DNA of 64,000 nt from Chara braunii. Its lineage: Eukaryota > Plantae > Charophyceae. The position numbers were made by a program, and so were the translations under genes. Positions 25,963-38,234 of the stretch are shown here, piece by piece. How positions within the stretch are numbered: position 1 is the stretch's first letter; each line of letters opens with the position of its first letter. The stretch is taken from contig BFEA01000003.1 of the NCBI GenBank assembly GCA_003427395.1, forward strand, positions 7,420,690-7,484,689, written 5' to 3'. The notes beneath the pieces are model-generated. The model had not been told where the DNA came from and ran no database searches. It was given only the letters and a program-made list of their open reading frames with translations.

Positions 25963-27429
25963 GTTTCCAGTATGTCAATCTTGACACTGGGAATTAAGAG
26001 AGTACCTTCGGATAACTTACATTCGATTTTGCATGTGGATTTATTTTCTTAATTTTGTAAGTTTCAGAGTTAATGAACATGAAATTGTCACTAATGCAGA
26101 GTCATTGTTTGCTCATGAGTATTAAACCTCTGGGAGTGAGGAGTAAATATGAGGTGTAGTTATAGTTCGAAGTGATGAGGTGTCACTTTCGCAAGCTTTC
26201 ATACAATGTCAAATCTAGAGAATTTATGACAGTGGAGCATTAAAAATGTGAAAACATTTATCTCAGTGTCAAAGATAATATTTGATGGGCATAAAAAAAT
26301 TTCAACTTTTCTTGACTGAGAGTTTTCAATAAAAGGACTTCACTTTTTTTAATTAATTTGCCTATCTTATATTTTCATATAAGAAAAATTACCTCTCTGA
26401 AGAAGATGTAACTTAATATTTTTATGAGACTTAAGGGAAGTCTTTTGGAACTATTTTCAGATGAGGGACGGGACCTCTTTGAAAGCAATAACGTTTATAA
26501 TTCCTTAAGGCAGAAGAGAAGTCTCTTGAAAATACTTTGTTTTTTGTTGTTTGTATTTTTCGGGACCAAAGAGAAGTTTATTGAGAATTCGTTGTTTGTT
26601 ATCTGGGGCGTCGATAATATGCTTGTAGAAATTGCATTCTTGATGTTTGTCTGTGCAGGAGTTTGTTCCCTCTTAACCTTAGTTATTGTTGATTGTCGGG
26701 GCTAGCCAGAGCAATATCCAAGTAGGTTGCAATCTGGTGGGGTGAGCAAGACCTCGAGTAGAGGGTCGAAATTTGTAATTGGTCGAGGCTGAGGCTTCGA
26801 GAGTCATGCTTTATAACGTAAAAAAGGGGTCAGCTGGAACCCTACCACCGATGTCGCAATCCAGTGGGTTAGCTAAAGTTCGAATCATATCTCACCAAGT
26901 CCTATATTTCATATCTGGGTAGAGTAACCAACACACCCTAGGCCGAAAGCTGGTGGGTGAGTCGGACCCCAACTGCAGTCAGTAAATCCGGGTTAGGGTA
27001 GTTGGGTTGATGAAGGTCTGTTGTCCTAGGGTGACCAGACCCGTTATAGTCTAGGTGTTCTGGCATGGGGCGCGCCGAACGGGTCATTATACTCAAGTAG
27101 TAGGTATGATGGTCATGATTTGGAGGTAGGTTAAAGGGGTTGTCAAACAAATGGTCTGACTAGTCCTAACCTGAGACGGACCGAATGAGGGTTGTCTGGC
27201 TGACGGTAAGTTTGTCGATCCTAGTTAGTGGTGGGTCGAAACTAAGAGAATCGATAATTATTGAGTGAAAGATTTATTTATTTACTCATTTTATTTATTC
27301 ACTGGGGGATTTTATTTGATTTCATTACTACTTGTCTGTTGTTTATCAGAAAGTCTATTTATTGGGGTTTTATTTGGTTGCTTATGATCTTTGTTGTTTT
27401 GCAGGTTCAATTTCATAACCACTCCGAAT

Positions 27430-27645
27430 CCTCAGGCCGGAGAAAGAAAAGGGGGGTTGGTATCCCCTTCAGTTATTTGAGAAAGTTCAGGAGATGCCTC
27501 ACTCAAGTCAAAGAAAGAAAAAGGGATTTGGTATCCCTTTCAGTTATCTGAGAAGTTGCGGAGATACCTCACTCAGGTCAGAGAAAGAAAAAGGGGATTG
27601 ATATCTCCTTCAGGTGCCTGAGAAGTTGAGAGAATGTCTCACCCC
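27430..27645 (+). repeat. ~70-bp tandem repeat x3
   Basis: ctcaggtcagagaaagaaaaagggg(a)ttggtatcccttcagttatctgagaagtt units. Confidence 0.85.
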
Positions 27646-29812
27646 GATATTATTGACAAAGCAAGGATATTCCTTACATTATTGTCAGGGTGAGAGACGA
27701 GGTAACTTCTCCATTGAGAAAATATCAAAGAAAAATCAGCTTTCATAATGACAAAAAGTCAAAGTCAATCACAAAAAAGAAAGCGAGATTCAAATCATTT
27801 TAAATTATTTTTGTGGCTAACAGAGCGGCCTGGTTCACAAAGAACCTGCATATGTGGCCTCAAGGTGTTTGAGTTCCGAAATTAGGGACACTATAAAGTA
27901 TGATATCACTTGAAAATTCCAAAAAGGAAAATCAGAGAATTCATGGTAAAATATTGTGCTTGTACAATATATAAAAGACGACCATGAACTCGGTTTGAAG
28001 CAAGATAAGAAAAAAGAAAACGTAGAGAAGAGTACGGTTCCCAGGATGAGTATTTGTTGTCGGGACTAGTGAAGCGCAAGAAAAGGAACGAGAAGTTGTT
28101 AGTACTATGACCTTGTTTGTTGCTGGTGTGATCGACACTCTAAAGGAATATGGAGGAAAAAAAGTGTTAGGTGTGACGTAAGGCGCCTCAAACTTTTTTT
28201 GGTAGTACAACGAGGATGAAGTCCTCCTATGCCACTGAGGAAAAGGATAGTGCGGGTAGACCCTCGAGTGAGTCATATACTCATAACTCTTTTTTTCCTC
28301 CTCCTCTGAACTGATGTGCCTCCTACATGTTCTTCGGGAACCTTTCCTCCCTTACTGCCTCGCAATTTTCCCTGTCCTTTGCCCCGTGCCTCAAACATAG
28401 TGTAACGGAAGCCATCACTAAAGATAACAAGGTGAGAGAAGTTTGTTGCACTACAAACAGAGAACCTGCTCCAAAACGCTAAAATCACTGAGGTAGCCAT
28501 CACCAAAGTAGCATGCTGCAAAAAAAAAACAAAACTTGTTGTGTCACGTGTGAGAAACGTTTGTACAGTGGTAAATGATAAATGACTTCTAGCGAAGATT
28601 CACAAAAGAGAGCATTGTCTTTGGAAGGTCGTGAGAATGATTGAGAGTGCTGCTCTCTACTACTGATTTTATATTAATTTTATGTGCATGTTTTGGCCCA
28701 ACGGGGACGTTGGGCGGGGGTTTGGTATCATGTCGGAGGGCATGGTGTCCCAGCCCTCCGCGGTGTGCCAGACACACCCTACTTGTAGCCTGTTCCTGGA
28801 CTGGTCTTCGTTGGTGCTCCCACAGCAAAAGGATGGGGGTACGCAACTGGACTTTCATTTCGTCTACGCAGACTCGGTGCCCTACTCTACAGCACAACAC
28901 AACCGACCCGTGCTCATGGTAGCTACGGGGCTCGCCCAGGGACGTGAAAGTAGTAGGACCTGCACGCCGAGTTTCAGAGTGTCGAGTTTACGGTCACAAT
29001 AAAAAAGGAAAGAAAAAAAAAGAAGGAATAAGAAAAAAAAGGAGAAGCATCGCATCTCTGAATTGCCCCCTGATTTAGACCTTAACTTTAACTTTGTTTA
29101 ATCGGATATCCTTGGGCGATTACGGCGGTGCGATTTCTTGAGTGAAAGTTTATTTTTTTTTCCTTTTATTTTTCCTTTTTCAAATTTCATTCCCCTTCAT
29201 GTCTTCGAGGAGGAACAAGCGGTTCGTTCGCTTCAAATTTATAAAGCGAACGGCCTATACTAACTCCACCTCTTGTGAACTTGTTTCGCCTGGTGAAAAC
29301 GACCTACCAGGTATCGTGGATTAAACCACACTCTACGAGACAAGAGGAAATAGCCCCTCCTGTGAGTCTGGGCGATTATTTAGGGAGGGCGGCGACCGGT
29401 GGGCGAAGCAGCAAGGTCAATTCCGTGGGAAATAGAGAGTCTGCTGCAACTTCGGGCCGCAGGTAGTTTTGCCTGCTTTCCAAGGCGGGAACAGTAGCGG
29501 CCGCTACTTTCCTGTGGCAGTTCGAATTTTATTTATTTATTTATTTATTTTTTTTGGTCGTGAATGAGTTGTCATTTTTCGTTTGAACACGGGCCTCGTT
29601 TTTTGGAGGCAGTCCCCCTTTCCGCGTCTACATGCATAGAAGGTGAGGGCGAAAAAAAAAAAAAACTTAGGGCGAAAACAACAATCTTTGCCAGCTTGCC
29701 CGTACTGGCTTCGGGCCTCGCTGCTCTACTCCGAAAATGTGAAAAGGATAGTGAATCTCCTACTACATTTCGAAAAGATACATCGCGAAGATTTGTTTTT
29801 TGTGCATGTCGA

Positions 29813-30470
29813 CAGTGGTGCAGTGTGGGGGGGGGTGTTGGGGGGGTGCAAGGGACAAAGCTAAGGGCGAGCCTCGATACATTGGGATGACTGTCTGAAT
29901 CTGGACGTGGAATTGTGATTGATGCAGAAAAGCAAATTAATCACTGTTTTCTGCATCTCTTCCTGTGGCACGTCCAGATTCAGACAGTCATCCCAATGGT
30001 CCTTGCCAGCGGGATCCGGCCTGAACTGACGACGCCGACACAACTGCGGACTCTGGCAGGGCTTCATACGAAAGTCCTTTTCCTTTTTTTGTTTTGATTT
30101 TTTTTTTTTTCACGTTCAAATTCTAAAAAAAAAAAAAAAAAAAAAACATACACGGACAATAGCTTGGCCCGCGGACAGGGACTCAGGAAAAGGGTAACCC
30201 TGTAGTCCGCTCGCCTACCGGTAGTCCGGACGCGGTTTCGCAAAATCGGCCTACCGGTAGGCACAATTTCGTCCTGTCCCATAGAGTGGTGGTTTAAAAC
30301 CTAAAAAAGTAGGGTACCCACGACCGCATTGGTAGAAAGCCTATCACCCCCTCCATGGAGGGTCATAAGCCCCCACCTTACCATTGAACACGGGTTCCTA
30401 TTAGTGGTAGGCCTATAGCCTTTTTTAAAGCAAGGAAGTCACCGGTCGATATCCCACTACATGACCACTG
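29813..30470. mobile_element. Possible CAGTGG-ended TIR element enclosing the hairpin
   Basis: cagtggtgcagtgtggg at 29813 vs reverse complement of cccactacatgaccactg ending 30470; cga flanks both sides; CTACCGGTAG palindromes inside. Confidence 0.35.
29880..29998. ncRNA. Hairpin with a perfect 30-bp stem (pre-miRNA/siRNA-precursor candidate or MITE-derived)
   Basis: 29880-29909 is the exact reverse complement of 29969-29998; inner gatgcagaaaa/ttttctgcatc also pair. The structure is certain, expression is unknown. Confidence 0.45.
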
Positions 30471-30739
30471 CGAGCCAGTCTTGCAGTCTTTTCGAGCTAA
30501 GTCGAAAAGATTGCAGAAACTTAACAGAGAGAGAAACGACCAATTCGTGACCGTCCAGTTTGAACTTCAACTTAATCTCTCTTATTTGTTGGGATAAATT
30601 ATTATTATTATTATTATTACTATATTTTATTTGTTTAGTAAGTATTTTGAAGGACTTTCCAAGCTTTTTTTTCAGAACACAGAGACCGCAACACTTCCAA
30701 ATTTTATAAAGGGTGCTTATAACGCCATCTATGTTGTTG

Positions 30740-32560
30740 GTTAGTGGGTGCACATATAGACTTTTGTTGCCACCGTGTTGTTATGTAAGTCGGCATAGCA
30801 GTGCAGGGGGGGTGAGGCACTCAGGCCTCAACTACCTAAGTTTAGATGTCGAACGCCTTGCGTGCGTTGTGTGAGTAAATGAGCAAGTAGTCGCTGGTTA
30901 CGTTAGATCCAAGCTATTGCGAAAGAGTGGCTATGACTTACCGGAAAGGTCTTCACAACTATAGGCCTAGACACAAAATATACTTATGGAGTTGGGAACC
31001 TAAGAGTGAGGAAGCTGCTATAGTCGACGCCATGGTGACTTATCTGATACCATAGAAAGTAGTGAAATTAAAAATTAATGTCTACAGGGCAGAAAAGAAG
31101 GAAATGAGGAGGGACGAAGATTTGCAGGTGGTCATCACCGAGGAACGAAACAGGGCGGAATGAAGGTGTAAATGGGATGGTGTAACCGAGGAGCTACAGG
31201 TTACCATCACTTACCACGAAGAGGATACCTCAATAGGGTTTAACGAAATGGAATAACAGTATCTGCATTGAGAATAAGAGGCTGAGTCCAAAGCAAGCGA
31301 TGCAACGTCCCAGTCATGGCACAAATTGGATCAGCGGTTGAGGGACCACCTACCAACAACGTCGGTGGAGGACGGTCCAGAGGCCAGCTCGCGTCAATGG
31401 AAAGACTGAGGCTGCGAGGCAGTTACGGACCGCAAGAGAGAGTTGAACGACGAGCCAAAGAAAACGAGCTTGCAAAGTATGGTACTAGCAACTCGTGTGG
31501 GCAACAAAAGAGAGACTTCAGAGAGAACTTAGAGCGCATGCACTTGGTTGACGTCATCAACGAGCAAGTGGTCGTTCTTCAAAATTTTCTTGTTGGCCAA
31601 CTGCTTCTACTAAGTTCCTATCCTTACTCATTGACACCGTACGAGTAGCGTGATTATTTCCTTGTAAGGACTGCTCGTGGGAGATAAGCTACATCACTTG
31701 CCTGAGCTCGTTTTATCGTCTGAGTAGCAATGTAAGTGTGGGATACTAGCAGCTCACTCAAACCACAGAAGTCAGATTTTTTTGGGATGTTGTATGAGTG
31801 AGGGAGTGATTGACGTCAGTAGTATCGTGTCTTCGTTCAACATCGCGTGCGTCTTCACTCGTTGAGCCTGTGAACGACCACTCCGAGGACAAGTAGACGA
31901 AGAAGAGACTAATGCTATGAGATAATTACGAGCAGCAGAGAGGACGTCGTGGATGTGTGATGAAGAATACTCGTTGTGTTAACCACGAGAGTTCGCAAGT
32001 GCAAGAGACAGTTCTCTTCAGCAAGGATATGAACTCAACGTCTAAGTTTCCTTTCACAATTGTCTACGATCGTTCATACTTTTGAGTCGTGGGTGAGCAT
32101 TGCGAGGGTGTTGAACCCATAGTATTAGCTTATGCATCCGCGCAGTCAAGTGGGACGTATAACTAGTGTCATCAACTACCTCTCGTTATTCGGAGCACAC
32201 TACCATTGTTACAATCAGGATCCCTTGAACGACTTATTTTGACTTGGTGGTTGTTACTCAAGTCTCTTCTTGGTACATGAGAGGTAAGCGGACCCTTAAG
32301 CGAGAACACAGTGAAAACTTTGTCTTGAGCTCTTGACGCCACAAGGGACTTTGTCGTTTGTGCTATATCGTATTTGCTGCCATTGCTGAGAGGACCTCTT
32401 CGTTGTTCACTGTTTGTTCGTCAATATGGATGCTAGTGACAGTTGACATAGTCAGTGTGAGGTGTGAAGGAAAGTGATATCACTTTACCATTGTTGATGG
32501 GATCTGGATCCCGTTGCTCGTTGAATTTCGCCGTCACTAGCTGTGTATATGAACTGCCTA
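30740..32560 (+). repeat. Block B repeat, copy 1 (decayed coding-like sequence)
   Basis: Homologous to 55330-57200 (gtgggtgcacata..., ggtcttcac..., aattaa(t/c)gt(c/t)tac..., catcacttaccac...). Confidence 0.75.
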
Positions 32561-32589
32561 CACTTCTAGCGTCCACAAGTGGTCAAGGA

Positions 32590-33200
32590 CCTACTGAAAT
32601 TTCATAATGAAAGATTTTGAAGTTTGTTAGTAGAGGTTTGAAATCACTTAAATGACCTAAAGACACTTCTTGTCATTTCAAGAGTTTCAAGTGGTTTGAA
32701 GGTTATATTTTACGTTTATTTTTTTTGCCTGTTTTTTGTTTCGTTCAACATTGTTGTGTGTCACTTCATATCATTTCAGGAGTTTCGGGTTGGGAGACCT
32801 GAAACCTTTGAAATGACCTAAAGTGGTTAAAGCTTCTGAAACCGAGTTCAAATCCCCTCATCCAAATTGTTGGATTGGGGCCTGTGAAACCACTTTCAGA
32901 TTTCAGCCACTTCAAGTCATATCAGGAGTTCCAGGTGGAAAGACCTGAAATCTTTGAAATTACATGAAGTGCTTGAAGTTTATGAAAGCAGTTTCAGGTC
33001 CCACCATCCAAATGCTTGCGTAAGGGGACTTGAAACCGCTTTCAAAATCTTAAGTCACTTCATGTTATTTCAAAAGTTTCAGGTAGGGAGATTTGAAACC
33101 TCTGAAATGACCTGAAATTATTGAAGTTTCTCAAAGGGGTTTGAGGTTTCCCCATCTAAGTACCCAACACGCGTCTGAAGCAGTTGAAAATGACCTCAAA
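32590..33200. repeat. Degenerate array of TGAAATGACCTGAAGTG-type motifs in both orientations
   Basis: Repeated gacctgaaacctttgaaatgacc and the inverse cacttcaagtcatatcaggag. Confidence 0.65.
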
Positions 33201-35759
33201 ATATAGACATCTGTTAATCATTTTTCGTAGTGTACGGTCAGTAGATGCAGTCACAAAATGAGTCATTGGAAGTGCTCCGACGCTAATGTGAGTCGTGAGC
33301 AGAAAACAAGGGTCGTTTATTGACCTTTGTGAAGAATACCATGAGAGTGAACTCTCTCCGAGTTTGTCGCACCGACGTGTTTTGTCAATTTTATTTCTGT
33401 CTCTCATGTAATCCCATAATCTTCTGACCATGATTTGAATTGTGAATATAACGTTCATCAAACAAACCAGACCGTGATCAACGGCAATGATGAATTTGAA
33501 TTGTTTTTATACTTGATTGTAAAAAAAAAAATGGTTGAGAGTTTGATTGACTTGTCTTCGTTTTTTTTCATGAGTGAGATGATGATTGTCATGTTGAAGT
33601 CGTTTAGATAAGCAAGTTGTTACTGATTTTATCAGATAAGGCTCTAACTACTCCTTCCCTAAGCATGTATTACTCACCCCTGCCTTTTTGTTTTCCTTTC
33701 GGAACTCGAGATGTTTGCCAATAACTTCATTGAGCTTGATTGTTATGAGATCAAGTCTTTAATGAATCATTTTTCTCGCACTCCTCTCTTTAGTGAAATA
33801 CTAGTGGTCTGAACCGCTCTGACTGGAGCGGGTGAAATCGGAAGCACAACTTAGGTTACCCAAGTGGTGATGAAAAAAAAAAAACCTACTAATCATTAAG
33901 CGGTAACGAGCTAGTACCTCACAAGTTGAGAACTGATGGCGTTACGAGTTTATTTTGATGTGCAAGAAAAGAAAATAATGACGAGGAAAATCGCTTCCCT
34001 TCTTACCAAATTATTAGTTGACGTGGACCAATCACGGAGGTTTAAATGTTCCTCCTCACTTCATGACTATCTGGTGGGAAAAAAAAAAATCGAAACGATA
34101 ACTTCTAGCTAGTTAAATTTCTCTCTACAAACTTTTTTTTTTTATTCCTTTACTTCAATTAGTAATCGTGAGTCTTTGTAGGTTGATTAGCATGGATGCA
34201 TGCATGCGGTTATCCAACCGAAAAATAAAAAATACAGTCGACGTGTGAGAGATATAAAGGAGAATTTCGGGATTCCCCTTTCGATCTGAAAATTTGATAA
34301 CTTTGACTTCCCACATTAAACAAATTTTGCGATTGCCCTTGCAAGCTCCAAAGATCATGGTCATGTTGCTCTCGGTCTGTGTGACAGGTCCTTCCTGCCA
34401 ATAGCAAGTTCCAAGTTCGTTCATCGAATTTTATAACATAGGACAAAAATCTCGTCTCGTTTGATGATACGCTAAAAAATTATCCTTCAAAGTTTGAGCG
34501 ATTACAAACTTACCCCTATGGTCGTATAAATTCAAATTTTGCAATTATGCAGACGCTTAAGTTCGAGACCTGAACGAGCTTGTTTGGGTAGTAACTGAGT
34601 TTTGCCACTAATGAAAACTAAGCGAGAGGCTTACCAGGCAAGAAGGTGACATTCAAGATTCAAATTATTTTGATTTATCTATCTTATCTCATTTGGTTTT
34701 ATTTCTCGTTTTTAGCTAATACTGTTTCGAACTGTACAGTTCTTTGGTCAAGGATGCTGTGTTTTGATAGTGTTCTACGAAATACTCAAGAGATAATGTT
34801 TAAATATTGTTTTGCCCTTCCAGACTGATTATACCGATTGTTGCTCAATGTAGAATACAAGTAAATGAGGTCAGGTTCCAACTCATATAAAGTGTACCAA
34901 CTAGACCTAAGTTATAACCAACACGATGTATAAGCACAAATTAGCCTTACTAAACCATGAATAAAGTCATGGTCGTAAATCCTAAGAAGTACTCAGTCAA
35001 ATAGCGTTTAAAATTGAGTTGTTTTTTCGGTGACTAAATCAATTTAGTCTCTTAAAATTATTTTATTTTTATTTTTATTTACATTATTTTGTATTGTTTT
35101 ATCTTACTCAAGAGAAAAAAAAAATACCATGTATAAACTGATGAGCGGGACTCTGCCAAGACCTCGACAGACAAATTTTGGCTTTAGGCAGCGTCAAAAT
35201 GAGAGGTATTTTGAACATAAGTTACTCATTTGTTCTGGGTCTTTGATGACGCGTGTAGTATTTTCATTATTTGATCAATAGTTGTTAGGAATACGTTACC
35301 AAGCAGTGGACGGATGCTTGGTGTCCGAACACTGTTCTCATGGTGGGAAACAAATCAGACCGTAACAATAAAACACATCAGTGCAGTGGATTGTCACCAC
35401 ATCATAAAGTTATAGGTCAACTCACTACCCTATTTTCACTCTGCACGGACGAGACTTATTGTTCATGGTAATCCTGTGCAACTTTGAGGCTGAAATCCCT
35501 CTGTTGCAGTATGGTAGTGAGAACAAAGTGAAATGTTACCACTAGTGTACACCCCTGTGTTGTATACGAACAGAGACTCTATTCAGCCGCATCCTGTGCT
35601 GTAGACGAATATCGGTTGAGCTCCCTAAAGTTGTATATGAAACGGGTGTGCATTCAACTGCACTCTGGGTTGTATACAAGTTGGGTTGCGCTTGCTTGTG
35701 TTCTAATTGTAAATATGTAGTGTTGTTACCAGTTGTACAACTAGTGACAATCAAATAAG

Positions 35760-36419
35760 GGTTACTACAAATGATATGTTTAGCAGTAGACTATTTTGTT
35801 GGGTGACGAGCAGTCGGTTTCTAATTAAAAAACCGAGCAACAAGATTCTATAAAAAACTCAATAGTGATCATTGACAGCAAAAGGTATGGTTGCTACAAC
35901 AATTTTCTTCACATCTTGGGATAACGACATAAACGAGACTTCACTTCATGATTATTTCATAAAATTTATAGTTACCGCAGCCAAGGAAAAAAAAAAGTAA
36001 AAGTCATGTATAACAAGTACACCCTGGTGATGCCCTGCACACTTAACCAAGACAAAGTGGAAGGATGAAAAGATCAAGTAATTGAGGACATCATTTTCCA
36101 CTTAAAACACAAGAGAGAGAGAACGCTTGAATTGCTAAGACAAAAAATATTGATTATGTCATTTGTTTCAATGGATCGGCAGTGGTCATCAATGAACTTG
36201 TCATCCATTGAGACTTTAGAGCAAGCAAGGAGGATCGTCAGTGGTCATCAATGAACTTGTCATCTTCTATGTCAAGTCTAATTATCTCAATTCAAGCAAT
36301 CACCCAAGAAAAAATCAGAGTGTAATTGTGAGAAGATAACCAACTCATTGGCATAAGGACCTGTTTGAAATGTCAGTCGAAGAGATAAATGAGAAAAAAA
36401 ATTGTTTTATGTGTGACAT
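35760..36419 (+). repeat. Block A 5' part, interrupted at 36420
   Basis: Matches 53400-54040 and 14950-15175; the continuation resumes at 53160. Confidence 0.8.
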
Positions 36420-37019
36420 TGTAGGGCCTCACCCTCTTAGACTTTTGAGCCTGTGTCAACCCCACTCCGGGTCCAAGTTGGCTCGGCTCCGCCCACACTC
36501 ATGCTCAGGGCACAGAGCCATTCGTCAAAGGGTCACTCCCACCTAGTGCTTTGAGATGGATGGGGGTGGACCATCGAGCGAGAGAGCTTTGACATTGGGG
36601 ATGTAGCTCAGCCCTCACGCTAGGTGGTAGTCTCGTTGAACCTGGCAGGCACATCTTTTTTTTATACTCAGTTATGTCTGCAGGCAATTGCTCTTTCCAA
36701 TACTCAAGCAATCCAGGAAGTTCTTTGAGCCTTTTCTTCCATTATGCGCAGGCTAAGCGTCATCCTTAGACCACACATCCTTCTCCTAACACAATAGTCT
36801 TATTGCCTCATCAGGGCGCGACAACGTCGTCTTACCCCTTAGCAGCAATCCACGCATTCTCTTCAATGTTTTTGCGCCTACCCCTTAGTCTTTTCGGGGT
36901 ACCCGCCCGTATATAAAAGAACTAGGTCACGCTTCAACCATTCTAAACTTCACTTTTTTTCTTTCCATCCGCATTCAAGATTGCACGCACACATGTTTCA
37001 TTCACATGTAGAGTTCACA

Positions 37020-37400
37020 TGGTGTGAGGTGGGTGGTTATGGTAAATGGGTGAAGGAGATGGAGGAGGTGGAGGATGCGAGGCGGTTGGCTGACTATGGT
37101 GGATGAGTGACGGAGATGAAGAAGGAAGATGATGTGAGGTGGTTGGCTATGGTGAATGAGTTAAGGAGATGGAGGAGGAAGATGGTGTGAGGCGGTTCAC
37201 TATGATGAATAGGTGAAGGAGATGAAGGAGGAAGATGATGTGAGGTGGTTGGCTATGGCGAATGGGTGAAGAAGATGGAGGAGTAAGATGATGTGAGGTG
37301 GTTGGCTATGGTGGATGGGTGAAGGAGATGGAGGTGGGAGGAGGTGGGAGGTGGTTGGCAATGGTGAATGGTTGGAGGAGACGAAGGGGGAAGAAGGTGC
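37020..37400. repeat. ~51-55-bp minisatellite (~7 copies)
   Basis: gtgaggtggttggctatggtgaatgggtgaaggagatggaggaggaagatgat units. Confidence 0.9.
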
Positions 37401-38234
37401 GAGGTGGCCCGGCGCCCCTCCCTATTCCTAAGCGCGAGTCCCATCTTCTAGAGTTGCCCCGGGGTCTGGACATTCATAAAACTCATTCTTACAGGAAACA
37501 GACTTGCAACAGATACACAATGTTGCAGAAAACACAGATTTGCGAAAAACAGAGATTGTCGAAAACGCAGACTTTGCAGATTTTTGTTTTTGTCGATTTT
37601 CCTAGAGGTGGAGAGCCGAAAAACACAGTCTTGCATTTGATGGTCCAAACGGCGTCGGATGTCCACTTAACTCGATGAGCCTTTTGTTTATACCCTACTA
37701 AAGACCACCTTGAAGTTTGACCGGATTCCGTCGCCATTTGCCCCTACTTGTATTTTTCGGACACCGCCCGAGGCGCTAAGTGAACAGTTTGGGGAAGTCT
37801 ATTTTCCGTTTTCACAGGAAAATGGATTCAGATGGCCTGAAGGTTTTGCAGGTCATCTACATATACTATTGATATGGGGTCTGTGAAGTTTCAACCCCCA
37901 TAACCCTATTTTGGCGGAATTGGCTACCGGTGCCTCCGGCTCGCACTGACGAGTTAGCCCTTTCGGACCGGCCTTTGCTCTGGGGAACCAGCCAGCGATT
38001 CTCAGCAGCGGCAGCAGCTTGGAGCTTGGCCAGGCATCAACAGAAACAGCAGCAGACCCATCATTATTAGCAGCAGCAACAGCCACAGTAATAACAGTCC
38101 CCTACGTACCTCCCCTTTCATCGTGTTCGATAAGAGCAAGTAGGGGACAAAATAGAATTTAAATAGAGCACGGGGTAGGCGAACTGCTGCAAACGCAGTG
38201 CCTATCATGCTCATGCAGCAAGTGGGAGCATTCA

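Noticed and set aside
27941-29002. Possible spliced minus-strand gene (acceptor-like ttttgcag near 28517)
   Set aside because: No recognisable domain and no consistent open multi-exon frame
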